Positions 11,031-22,306 of a stretch of DNA of 33,000 nucleotides are shown here, one piece after another. Origin of the DNA: Fimbriosthenelais zetlandica (taxonomy: Eukaryota). Both the position numbers and the translations under genes were made by a program. The stretch covers positions 11,408,001-11,441,000 of the forward strand of contig OZ365110.1 of the NCBI GenBank assembly GCA_977030845.1. The letters run 5' to 3'. The notes below the pieces were generated by a model, which saw only the letters and a program-made list of their open reading frames with translations, was not told where the DNA came from and did not search any database. Each line of letters begins with the position of its first letter. Within the stretch, counting starts at the first letter, position 1.

Positions 11031-12639
11031 AAGCTGACTGACTCATGTGTGTGAGTGAGGAAATCTTTACCATGCCATTGATGTAAAAACCCACCCTGTA
11101 TTAGGTTGTTAGAACCTAGAGCACGGCGGCGCTGCCAAGGCATATCATCTAGCGTTTATGGCCACCTTCCGTCTTTGTTGGTGGTGACAGCACTGTGACC
11201 AGGCACATCTGTCTGTCGCCCCTCCATTTATACCTAATGAAGGTGATATCTAGATGGTAGAATTTAAAGCCTCGAGGTGGAGTAGTGGTGCCGCCATTTT
11301 GACCCGAGAACTAGTCATATAGTAAGACTTCACAAGGTACTGAGAGCGACTTTTGGCCAGGCAGACTTACATTATAGTTACTTAGTCCTTTTGGTGAGAC
11401 TTGATTCCTCGCGGACGTGCCTAGTTTGATTAGGCCTATATGGATGGTGGTGATCCTAACGTGCTTGGTGTAGCGTAAAATGTAAAGAACTGCCCTTGGT
11501 ATCAGGTTCTCCTTTTACTTAACACTTACTTTGTTACAGGGACGACACTATAATGGTGCTTATTTCAAAGGCTGAAACATTCTGTGCTAAAAGAAATATA
11601 TTAATATTATCGTGAATCGTCACTGAATGTATTCTATAATCCCTCTAATGTTTCGGTATAGGGGAAAGATAGATGTATTGGAAATAAACACCTCATTAAA
11701 GCGACCATGTTACAACATCCAACCACTAAATGGCCAGAACTAAAATGTCTTTAAACATTTAAAATATATTCACTAAATACTGTAGCTGTGCATCCCCAAT
11801 GCCACCGCAATAAATTCAACCCGAAAGTTGGTCGCACCCTATCCTAGCGAACAAATAATATTTGATTGGCAATAGGACTTTCTATGGAAACTATTATATT
11901 TTTAAATAATAGGCTTGTCATTAGTGAATCAATCAATATGCCTGTTCCTTTGTCTGAGGTAATGTCCCCCTTTAAAAAGATCCATTCTATGTCAGACAGG
12001 TCAACTACATTTTAACCTCATGCAGAGACAGCTGAAACCTGTAGATACACTTTTCTGTGTTAACTCTGGTAATTACTGGGTGAAACCCAGCACCTTGGGG
12101 GTATAAAATATCAATGGCCTGGTCATTTACTCCTGTCGCCTTCTCCAATGCCCACTTTCCTTATACAACTGAGAGGATCTGTATAGAGGTGGGTAGTAAG
12201 CAGTGCATGAGAAGTGGACATCGGCTCTGGCCACCGGAGTCGGGTCTCACCATAACGGATATGAGTAGAGTCATGGGAAGGTTGATGCGGAAACATTTAT
12301 CCTTGAGACGGCCGCCAACATCAGCCTTTGATAGGGGATATGACTTAATCAATGGAGTCATGGCTTGACCCTGTCCCAGTGTCCTTCATTTTCTGCCCTC
12401 GGGGGCCTGGTCCCACAAACAATCAGTCAGCATGAAAATGGCGCTTCCTTTTGGCAAAACTACACACGGTGCTCCATTTGTATGTCTCGCAGAGTTGATT
12501 TATAGACCTAGTCAAGGCTAGACCTTAATTTCTATCAAGTATTTATGGCTTAAGTTACATGTATCTGGGGATTTATAAAGGGTACGGTGGATTTAGTAGC
12601 CCCCAGGCTTTCATGTGCAAGCAGGGAGGGCCGCCAAGT

Positions 12640-12950
12640 TGAGTGAGTCACTCAGAGAGAGAAATGGAGAAAAACCGGGGTGTGGGGAGTGGTGAAGGAG
12701 GGAATGGGAAGGGAAGGAATGATGAAAGAGTAAAAGGGCAAGGAGGAGGTTGGTAGGGTGTGTATACTGAGATGAGGGAGTTGGGGAAAGAGGAATGGAG
12801 TAGGAGGATAGCTGTGAGAAGGGAAAGGATGTCGAGGAGGAATGGTGAGATGAGGGCGAGGGGAAGGTGATGGGGGAGGGTATATATGCATGGGGTTGGG
12901 GAGAAGTAGTTGAAGGGAGGTAGGAGCACGGAGTTATGGGACATACTGAG
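12640..12950. repeat. G/A-rich low-complexity tract with G-quadruplex-compatible motif
   Basis: Purine-rich + strand; GGG-CGA-GGGG-AAGGTGAT-GGGGG-A-GGG at 12854-12880. Explains three overlapping Pro/Ser/Leu antisense ORFs. Confidence 0.8.
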
Positions 12951-12957
12951 CTGAGGA

Positions 12958-13160
12958 TTTGGTGGCCATCTTGGACGCCGTCTTTGATTTCACAATTAAG
13001 TAATAACCTCACAATAATTAAAAAGACAAATTAGATTCCTAGACCCCCAAAGTATATTAGACACCAAAATTACATGTTTGGGCTGAATAATATGGGAGTT
13101 ATGGGCATTACATTTTTAAGGATTCGGCAGCCATCTGGGACGCCATCTTGGATTTAGGAC
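12958..13160. repeat. degenerate repeat with duplicated GCCATCTTGG/GGACGCC motifs
   Basis: GGTGGCCATCTTGGACGCCGTCTTTGATTT (about 12961-12990) resembles GGCAGCCATCTGGGACGCCATCTTGGATTT (about 13125-13155); probably a transposon remnant. Confidence 0.45.
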
Positions 13161-13256
13161 CTTTCCATTGGTCAGATTTTGGTAGCCTATTAGTATGTTA
13201 TTAAGCACACCTGATAGTATCAAAAACTGTTGAAAAACCTTTTGTTGCAATTCTTT

Positions 13257-13870
13257 GGGGGGGGGGGGTAAACCATAAATGCAACCGAGGGGACGAAAGT
13301 GGGAAGCAAGAGAGGTGGGGAAAGGTGTAGGCGGAGGAGGAGGCAAGAAAGGGGAGGAAGAACGATAACAGAATTTAATTTTGAAATCAAATTTACTTTA
13401 AAAAAGAGCCAGGTTGAAATCTTAATCCTGACTTTTTCATTATGACGTTCAATATTATATTCAATTTTATTGCTTTAAGAATTTATTCAAAATGTAATAT
13501 TGTTTTTAGCAGTTTAGCATATATATACATGTAGTACATGTGGCATAGGCTACAAATATTCATCACAAATTTATGCGGTGACTAACCCTCAGAAAAAATA
13601 TGTGAAGAGAAGAGATATATATGTGAAGAGAAATGGAATGGAGTACGTGATGCTTCATGCAGTGCTTGTTCAAGGAGCATGGAAGGAAAAACAGCCTGGG
13701 ATGAACTAAAAATAATGGTTAGTGAGGAAGGGGAAAATGGATGAGGGGGTGGGGAAAGGGAGATAGGAAGGGTGGGGGTAGAGGTGTAATTGTAGCAGCA
13801 TGAGTCTAGAAGACGGATGAATATAGGAAATAGAGGTCAGGAGGAGTTGAGGGAAAGGACAACATAACAA
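13257..13870. repeat. poly-G run and G/A-rich tracts
   Basis: G12 run at 13257-13268; purine tracts at 13300-13370 and 13730-13860, the latter with five G-tracts in 13745-13778. Confidence 0.7.
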
Positions 13871-14093
13871 TGCGGGACCGTAAAAAGGTCGTATGTCGCA
13901 TGTGTATGTACATGTTACGTACAGGAATTCTCAAAGCATTCTCACCAGGGAATTAATTTTATTTTAGTGACATTAGTGACATTACATGTAGTGACACTGG
14001 TAGTGTCCCTCATCGGACGAATGACGCACCAATTACAATTTAGTTGTATATGACTTCTCTTTACACCAATTCCATGTTTCCGTGTATTTTCAG

Positions 14094-14109
14094 GTATAGT
14101 CAACATCTG
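14094..14109 (+). CDS. candidate 16-nt microexon (YSQHL)
   Basis: Strong pyrimidine tract ending GTATTTTCAG, CTG|GTAAAG donor, phase 2 to 0. Confidence 0.15.
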
Positions 14110-14404
14110 GTAAAGTATAGTGAGAATCAAATTGCATAGTCTGGTGAAATATGTTCAAGTCTAGAATATATACGTTCAGTATTCTAGGAGGCTTTAGATA
14201 GTGAAATGGAAAATGGGAAATTGTTCTAATGGGGTAAATATCGTGGATAGCATTATATTAAGGACGGTTTTAATAAGAAGGTCCAAAAACATCAAAAAGG
14301 TCTTCAATCGCCATCATACAACTTGCCTTTATTCATGCCAGTCGAAACATTATTGGTTGATTTGCATCATTACACGATGGCAATTTAGGGCTCGTAAGTG
14401 AATT

Positions 14405-14460
14405 ATGCACCCTCATATATATAATTATATATATGCACCCTCATATATATAATATATATA
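14405..14460. repeat. tandem duplication, period 28
   Basis: ATGCACCCTCATATATATAAT(T)ATATAT occurs twice in tandem. Confidence 0.85.
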
Positions 14461-14629
14461 ATCTCTCACTGTATCCTTCTGATACGTAAATTGATTGATT
14501 TCGAATCCGATAAAACAATGTGCAGAGCAATATAGTTTCATAATAGATAGTACTAAGACAAGTAGTTACTGAAATACTACGAGTAAAAATTGTAGTATGA
14601 ACTATGATGGGGCTATAAATAATACATAC

Positions 14630-14699
14630 CATGTGTAGACCGATGGCAGGCTTGTGCCCCTTGCAATATAAAGGTCAGTTGGTCTGTATACCGGAAGGT
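14630..14699 (-). CDS. candidate internal exon (LPVYRPTDLYIARGTSLPSVYT), product unknown
   Basis: CATTGCAG acceptor (alternative TTTTCCTAG 28 nt upstream), strong ATG|GTATGT donor, open frame. Confidence 0.2.
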
Positions 14700-16309
14700 C
14701 TGCAATGACAAGTCCCCTGGGCCAGGGCTAGGAAAACAAGGCCATGCTTCTCTCCTGTGGCTGCCATTCGTGAATACCATCCTGGGCTTCATATAATATA
14801 TGTACAAATCAACACAAACCATCTCACATATGACATAAAAGACCTTCTATAGGCTACATGTACATAGGTTCGCTGTAGGTTATTCCTGTATACAAGTTTG
14901 TCTATTTCTTATAACTTAAACTAGATAATAGGCCAAGCCGACTCGGACTGAGTGATATATAATTATTAATTTTCTGTCATTAAAAAGAATGCAAAAAAAC
15001 TAATAAAAACACATTTACCAAGTTCTGGAAATTGTAACCGTGTTTGATTTTAAAACCAATTATTAGCCATAGTATACGATAATCGCTACTTAACATTCCT
15101 TACAGGCTCCAGACAGTATTTCCTTAGCATTATCTGCAGAAAGTTGGTTTGTTCCCAACTCGTCTGATCCAATATTATATATATGCATGTTGGTTTGTTG
15201 GCGTCTGCCAGCTTGGTGAAAGGAACTTAAAATTGGGTACCTATATCTCAGGCTTCGATCCCTCGACAGGGTTGAAATTACGTTAGAACATTTATAACAC
15301 GGTGCATTTTCTCAATGAAGTTCCCTTTGCCAGACCATCTTTTTACATTGCAGAACAACTACGTATACTCTCGAAATCCGTACATAGTCACGGATGTTTT
15401 ATGGACTGTCAGTTGGTTAACAGGAAAGAAAGCTAAGAAATCACCCACAAAATGTGTTACCTGATCTGCCTTGATTTTGTGGGACAGTACTATGTTGTGC
15501 ATCCTATTCGAATTTCCCTGATCAATGTACTTTCAGTTGATATCCATTTAGCACCATTATTAAGTGTAAGATGACCCCCAACTTGGACACAAAACATGTT
15601 TCTGCCCTCAGGGCCAATGGGCCATCCCCTCAGCCTTGAGGCACGTCGCTGGGACTTGCTTTAAAGCCCCATTGTCAGCTACCATTACACCAGAAACCCT
15701 ATAATCAATGATAACAACGCTATTACAATTCCCAGCCATTGTCAACCTTTTATCCTTGCATTGAGTCATGCTTTGACTGAACCAGAGAAGCCAAGGCCAT
15801 GGCATAATGCCTTAATTCTTCCAATTTTAGATTTCAAAAACCATCATTTCAACTGGTCTCATATTTTTTTTCATCTGCACGGCAAACAAAAGCAGAATTT
15901 AATCAGCCCCTCCTAAGGCTGAGGCCTCATCAGTGGGGCTGGGAGAGCTGGAGGCGCCTCGCCCTATAATGCTCTCTTCGTGACGCTTTTAGAAGACACC
16001 AATGGTGCTTAACTGTGTCGCAACCCCGGCGGTGGATGGGACCGAGAGAGGGAAAGAAGAAAAAAGTGGCCTGGCAAATAATGAGAGGGGCCCCGATTTA
16101 GAATGAGCTTTGTTAGTGACAATAAGCATATTGCACCGTGAGGGTGGGAACAAAATGTTCAACCTCTCGCGGCGATAATAACTCTGGGAAAGGTATTAGG
16201 TTTCATATTAGTTTCTTTTTTGCAAAGAAAAACTTAAACTAAGGTTTCATTTAAAAGCCTTTAATTGACCTTAAAACTGAAGTTTCTGAAGAGTTTCTTC
16301 TTTATAGAG

Positions 16310-16660
16310 AAAGGGTGTTCCCTTTCACTTCTCTCTCTCTCTCCATTTTCCCCTCTCTTCTTGATACATGTATTACCTTTTTTTCTCCAAAAAATTATAT
16401 ATCCGTTCTCGTCGTCCCCTCTAACCCATATCTGTATTGAATTGACAGTACTTATACTTGTGCAGTAGCTGGTAATACCAGGTTTCCTAAAGGAATTAGG
16501 TGAGATATATTCTCTAAGTTTCAGTTTAATCGATGTGAGGAGCTCCATGTGTGTGAGTTAGCGATAGGTAGTCTAATCAATTCTTTATTCTCCCCCTCCT
16601 CTCTCTGGGCTCTCTCTTGCCCTCTCTCTCTCTCTTATCCTCTCTCTCCCTCTCTCTGAC
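16310..16660. repeat. CT-rich microsatellite-like tracts
   Basis: Imperfect (CT)n at about 16325-16360 and 16590-16657. Confidence 0.75.
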
Positions 16661-16890
16661 CAAGTGTCCAGGCGGGGAGGACCAGGGACTCAAACACACA
16701 CCCCTCGATTCAAAGATGATTTTAGCTGCACATACACTTTAGCTCCCCCAGACCCTTTAAAAGTGGTTAAAGACATGTAAAGAAACAATACTTCCGTTCG
16801 CGAAAAGTAGTCGATTGTGCGCCAACAATGTGTTTCCTTTCTTCTTCAGAGAGCTGAGAAACTGCTGACTGATCGTTAAACAAATACTAA

Positions 16891-17307
16891 TTAGAAAATC
16901 CTGGATCTGTCCCTGCCCTCTCATGTGCGTATAGAAAAGCCGCTAAAGGAGAACTTGGGATTAAAGCTGCCCAGCCGTGGAAACAAACGTCCACCTTTTA
17001 CTGTCCTACCCCTGGCCATCTTACAGGAAGAAATACTTGTTCTCGGGACAAAGGGAAGAAAAGTAATAGGCCCCATCTCTATCCTGGGTCGTTGAGCAGA
17101 ATATATCCTGACTTGCCAGTCGTCAGTGTCATGAAGAAAGTCCATTCTACAGGCCATTGGCGGGCGGCCATGGACGTAACCAGAGAGAGCTATGGTAGAG
17201 TTTATGGGGGGACTTTACCGTCTCCAGCGCCCCATAGGTCATTGGAGGCCCCTCCAGGCCAGGAACCCTCCCCCGGTACTCTACCATGGTCAACAACCTC
17301 TACATGA
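16891..17307 (+). CDS. 138-codon stop-free frame, possible large exon or decayed coding block, product unknown
   Basis: Open from after TAA 16888-16890 to TGA 17305-17307 in GC-richer sequence; the ORF track shows only its 3' part. Potential donor TATG|GTAGAG near 17193. No homology recognised. Confidence 0.25.
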   Translation, partial: LENPGSVPALSCAYRKAAKGELGIKAAQPWKQTSTFYCPTPGHLTGRNTCSRDKGKKSNRPHLYPGSLSRIYPDLPVVSVMKKVHSTGHWRAAMDVTRESYGRVYGGTLPSPAPHRSLEAPPGQEPSPGTLPWSTTST

Positions 17308-19686
17308 GCATGAAACATTTATGGTGGTCAGTCAGACTAGCATTATATTAGCCGCTACCTCTCTGCTTGGCACATACAAAAGGGCCAACACTGTGGGCCC
17401 GCGACTTCATGTTGAATGTATATGGCTTGACATTTTCAGATGGGATGTATTATTATTTCCATAGAGTAGCTATATAGAAGTAAACAGGACGTCTTGGAAG
17501 GATATTTCAGGTAACAAAGAGGTTCCCTATATATACTTGCCTATAATGTCAAACATCTCCAGCATCCAGCCTAGTTTCTTCAGTATGAATCACAATGTAC
17601 AGGAAGGGATTGTTGGCGATGAGAAAAAGAAGGAAAATGCAATTATACGATTTTCTAGCTTGAGTCTATAGTTTCTTCTTGTGAAAATAATTTCATGGAA
17701 CTATGAGTTTCTATTGATATTGCACATGGAGCAACGCTCTTTATGTGAAAGTATGAGAACATAAATAAAGAGATATGTCCCAATTTCTATAGAATCATTA
17801 ACAATGAAAGTGTGTCAATTGTCAATTAACTTGTTACGAGAATATCAAACCTATACATAGTATATAGAATGATTGTTTTTCTGGAGACCACTGTTTCTTA
17901 AGTACACCTTAAGATCCCCTTGTCTAGTTCCATCTGAGTCGAGTGGGCCATATTCCCTCGTGTATCAGTGATTATCCCTCTCCGGACAGTCTGCTCCCTT
18001 TTAGCCGAGCAATAATGAGGTTCTCAGAAGAGCTCGGCCAGCTATCTCAATAGGAAATTTAGCTGTGTGAACAGGGTTAAGGGGGGACTGGGGCTGGTGG
18101 CTGGAGGAGGCTCCAACAGAGACACAGGAGGAGAAATAGAGACCTGGAGGAGCAGGAATAGTGAAATGCTATACCCACTGGTCAGTCCACTGACCTTTCC
18201 CCTGGAGTGGATTTTTTGTGTGAACGAGAGAGAGACGACATGTTGGGTGGTGGTCAGTGAGAATGTCAGCTTATAGTCTGGCCTTATTCTTATATGATTA
18301 ACAATCATGGGGAGAGAGGTTTGATTCTTATGAAATTGCTAGAAGTAATGGAGGTATGAATATTAATTACAGTTATACCCTACAATTGACGTGAAGCTAA
18401 ATTGGTCTGCGATATTAATCTTCATGCATACATGTAGATTGACAAAATGAAAAGTTCACTTGATAGACCGACTGGGTACCGAATAATTATTTATGATTTG
18501 AATTATAGCTATGACAAAATAATGAAACAATGCTTAATAGAGAATAATTCTTGAAGGTCATCAGGTGCTAATTTTAATCCCATTAATCTTATCAGTAGAT
18601 TCGCGATTTTCACAGCCATAATAATATTATTACCGTATTGAACACCTGTTTAAGTTTTAAAGACGTTTAGACCTCAGCATGCAGTCAACCTCAAATGTTG
18701 CATCTTTGTTTTGTATTTGTTTCCTTGCTTTGAATCTTTGTTTCAAATCGAAAATTTAATTACTATTAATCCTATTAACATTCCAATTAAAGTTAGCAAT
18801 AAAATTTCCTAAACATGCACCCACGCATGTTTATCAAGACAGAAGAATGCAAGATATTGTCCTTAGAATAGGGAAAAGTCCAGAGTGCTACTCCATGGCA
18901 TCATGCAGCCTTCACCGATAATGCTCGGCCTAATTATGCCTGGGGTGATGCAGAGCCCAAAAAGCAAGTTGATTTGAGCAGGAAAAAGACATTTTCTATT
19001 GTTTGATCAACCATAATCTAGATGTATGGAGGGGCACTGTATGCAGAGCATGTCCCAGCCTGAGAGTGACTCACATATGAGAATAAAGCAAATTTATGTC
19101 CTTTTTCCCAAGTGTGTTATTAAACCCACCGTCCCTACTGAATATGCAATGAGTTATGCAATTGTACTGAAAACAAAATGTCACTGCATTACAAGAAAGT
19201 ACCTAGATAAGGGTAAACAAACAGGGTAGGGGATGAAGAAAACCACAGCTGGAGGTAAAACAAAGACAGGATAAGAACAGAAAATCAATATCTGGAGAGG
19301 AATATGAATGGTTTTTAAGTGCCTTCAAATATGAAGACACTAGGTAATATGAGCTAGGACAAGGAGCATCCCGAAGCATGCAAGATCCGAGGGAAAAGCC
19401 TTGTTTGTAGCAGCTATAAGTTGCTTTACTGGATAACTGCCAGAACAGGCTGATTCATTCACTCAGTTGATTCAGGATGTGCCTGGGGGTATAGTACCAG
19501 TCTGATCTTGTTTGTGTCATTAATTTTGTTTTAACACATGTTGTGCAGGAAGCGTGGGAGAAGGTGGGGGACTGTCATTGATCTTAGAACCTTGATGAGT
19601 TGACCCCTTGTTTACTACTAAGATTGCCACTGTCAATTCACAGACAAAAAGAATCACTTTCTCCAGTTTGTTTTCTCATATTGTAG

Positions 19687-19728
19687 ATTTCACAATCTTT
19701 AAATTGCACTGGCACTACCTTCACAATG
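19687..19728 (+). CDS. candidate internal exon (FTIFKLHWHYLHN or ISQSLNCTGTTFTM), product unknown
   Basis: Best splice pair in the window: TTTGTTTTCTCATATTGTAG acceptor and ATG|GTAAGT donor; 42 nt, frame-preserving. Confidence 0.4.
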
Positions 19729-19871
19729 GTAAGTATGATCATGTAGATTTAGGAAGTAGGAAAACATGAGATGTTGCATTCAGGAACGCTATACTAAGTC
19801 ACACTAACTTAATGAATGGATACATTATAAATGTAGGCCTATTGTATGTAGGCCTATATATCATTTTGCAG

Positions 19872-19898
19872 GCTTCAGACTTCATATTCTTCCTCCAA
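19872..19898 (+). CDS. candidate 27-nt exon (FRLHILPP or ASDFIFFLQ)
   Basis: TCATTTTGCAG acceptor 143 nt after the previous donor; weak CAA|GTATAT donor; open in both phases compatible with 19687-19728. Confidence 0.25.
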
Positions 19899-20603
19899 GT
19901 ATATAATTCAGAATCTTTTGTTATTCAAGCCTGAACTCGTGACATGTATAATAACGCTAATTTTGTCACCAGTCCTTTTGATATACATGTTAGCCACAAG
20001 TTCTGACTATTCTGTGAAATTAAATATCGCAAGGTATAATAATCCTTGCAAAATTTCAATCAACGAGACATCAGCTGCAGTCGGAGGGTTACACATAGAC
20101 TTCACTCTACTCCAAGTTCATAAATCCAGTTCATCTATCGTAGGATGACCCTGCACTTTTTCAAAATCCGATTTCCTAAGTCATTAATTTCCGACCAACC
20201 CGTGTGTTGCTCACTGTTTGTTGGGGTCAGTCGGTGGCAAGGACTAACTGTCAGTTGAAAGGCCAGGGTCCGGACCGGGGCCCGCACAACGGAGGCCGTA
20301 TCTGATCAATACGTGAGGCAGCGGATCCTTGACAAGCACCACATAGGCTCTGACACGGGGCAAGGAGAGCTCACTCCAAGCATATCACCAACTTTATCCC
20401 TGACACGTTTGGTTGGAGGCAGATAAGGGTCTCCGGGGTAGAGGCGGGAGGGGATTGTTATCACCCACCTACAGGAGGTACTAATTGGGTGCAAAGTCCT
20501 GTTTGATGATGTGGGTGAGAATTATTAGAAATGGCTGTTCAATGCATGGAGGTGGGTGGCCAGATCCTGGATTAAGGGCTGAAAGAAAAACGGAGAGATA
20601 AAT

Positions 20604-20655
20604 AGAGGGAGAGAGAGAGAGAGAGAGAGTGAGAGAGAGGCGGGGGGGGGGGGGG
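20604..20655. repeat. (GA)n microsatellite followed by G14 run
   Basis: (GA)n about 20609-20639; G14 at 20642-20655. Confidence 0.9.
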
Positions 20656-21516
20656 TAGAGTAGGTATAGGGGTCTATATTTTTTGTTTTTGAACTGCTCA
20701 TGATTCATGTACTCTCTGAAGGAAAATAGGGTATTGTCGATATAAATTGTTGGTAAAGTAATTCAAGAAGTATTGGGAGACAAGTCTCTATCATATTTAT
20801 CCCACGTTGTGGACCGTAAATTAGGCTTGGAGGGTGTGTTAGTATGTGTGTGAAGTGGGTGACTTTCTAAAAAGGAAACTGGTAACTTATTCATAGGGAC
20901 AAGCTTATATAATAATTTTTATATTTTAATGTCAAAGTGGGCTGGGGGAGTCCTGGCCCCCTGGACACCCCGTGTGTGTGTGATGTCATGAGGTGTTTTG
21001 AAGGGTGGATTGAGTCATGGATGTTGGGGTGGCGAAGATAAAGGAAGGAAGTAGGGTTTTGAGAAGTAGTGGAGAATTATCCGGCTGTGATCATAAGAGA
21101 CACGCCGGGGATCAATAACCACGGGGGTTAGCCTGGAGCAAGAATGACACGACCAAGATGGCGACCTCATGTCACATTTGTCTGACCCGTGTCATGACAA
21201 GGAGGCAAGTGAGGCAGAAACAGTTGACCTTTGCATTCCACCGGGCAATATTTCTAACTCTCATTCCAACACTTGCCCACACTCAACATCAGAAATCTGA
21301 TGTGTGATTCATTTATAAAGCTATTACGAAATGAGATGTGTCTGTCATATGTTTACCATGCATGGATTATCAAGTTTGTGGAAGATTAAAGTCATGATTA
21401 TTAAATTTTAATGGTTTACTTGGGAAAATGTCACTCATAATGTCATGTGCTCGACTGGTTGTTTGTACATGTATAGGCCTAAGTAAGGTGGTATATGGGA
21501 AAGTATTAATTAATAG

Positions 21517-21780
21517 TACAGGGAAATGTGTTAGTATGCTACAGAGAAATGTGAATGTGCCGTATACAGTAAAAGTATACAGCAGAAAAATAAATATGAA
21601 TGTACATTACATAATATTACATAAAAAGGTATACTGCAACAAAATTAAAATATGTGTACACGACTATAAAATGAGAATGTAAGTACTATATGTGAGTGTC
21701 TACTACAGGAAAATGGGACTGTATGCTACAGAAAAATGAGAGAACATTATAAATAGGCCAAGAAGTTACAGGAAAATCAG
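21517..21780. repeat. degenerate array of TACAG(A/G)(A/G)AAATG motifs
   Basis: Copies at 21517, 21540, 21704, 21727, 21767; GTATGCTACAGA(G/A)AAATG is near-identical at 21534 and 21721. Confidence 0.6.
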
Positions 21781-22203
21781 TGTGTGCATGTGTAGCAAAT
21801 GAATGTATGAACATTTTCGTATGAAATGATGTGTTATATAGCCAACAGCTTAGTGAGACTGAGAGTGGCACAATACTAATTATTGAAACTCATAATGTTA
21901 TAAGTTTTAGTTACTGTAAATCTATGTGTCCTATGGACTTCGAGATAGGTCTACTATTTGTTCACACTTTGCAAGAAAGTTTTGAATCCCTTGAGAGCAA
22001 TTAGTTCCAAAGCACAGCTCAAATACTATATATTTCTTATCTACACTTACATATTTATATACCATTGTACATTTTTGTTAATGAAATACTTCGTTGCCTA
22101 TATAGAAAGGTGTCAAGACCACTGGGAACAGTAGGGATAAAAATGAATGGTAGGTCATTTATTGTGAAGGGAATAACAAACTTCAGTGTGGCCTGTTTTA
22201 TAG

Positions 22204-22306
22204 CAATATGACCTTGATCAGTGAAGACACACGAGCGTTCTATCGCTTGCCTGACAGCACCCCATCCAGCCATATTCATCATTATACACATATGAGTTAC
22301 TTTTTG
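22204..22306 (+). CDS. candidate internal exon (NMTLISEDTRAFYRLPDSTPSSHIHHYTHMSYFL), product unknown
   Basis: CTGTTTTATAG acceptor, strong TTG|GTAAGA donor, single open frame (phase 2 to 0). Confidence 0.3.

Noticed and set aside
10697-11143. 148-aa ORF, the longest in the track
   Set aside because: Antisense of a GA-rich tract; Leu/Ser/Phe-biased and stop-free only because of low complexity.
12611-13346. Overlapping Pro/Ser/Leu/His-rich ORFs on the - strand
   Set aside because: Artefacts of G/A-rich low-complexity DNA.
15195-15275. tRNA-like A/B boxes (CTGCCAGCTTGG ... GGCTTCGATCCC)
   Set aside because: Boxes are degenerate and no cloverleaf forms; at most an old SINE head.
15900-15940. 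Hammerhead-like core CTGATGAGGCC on the - strand
   Set aside because: No GAAA after a stem II. Other CTGANGA sites (174, 1633, 27014, 31304) also lack the full core.
18860-18945. - strand IIRPSIIG resembling the fatty acyl-CoA reductase IVRPSIV motif
   Set aside because: Seven-residue coincidence; flanking residues do not fit and no other exons of that family were seen.
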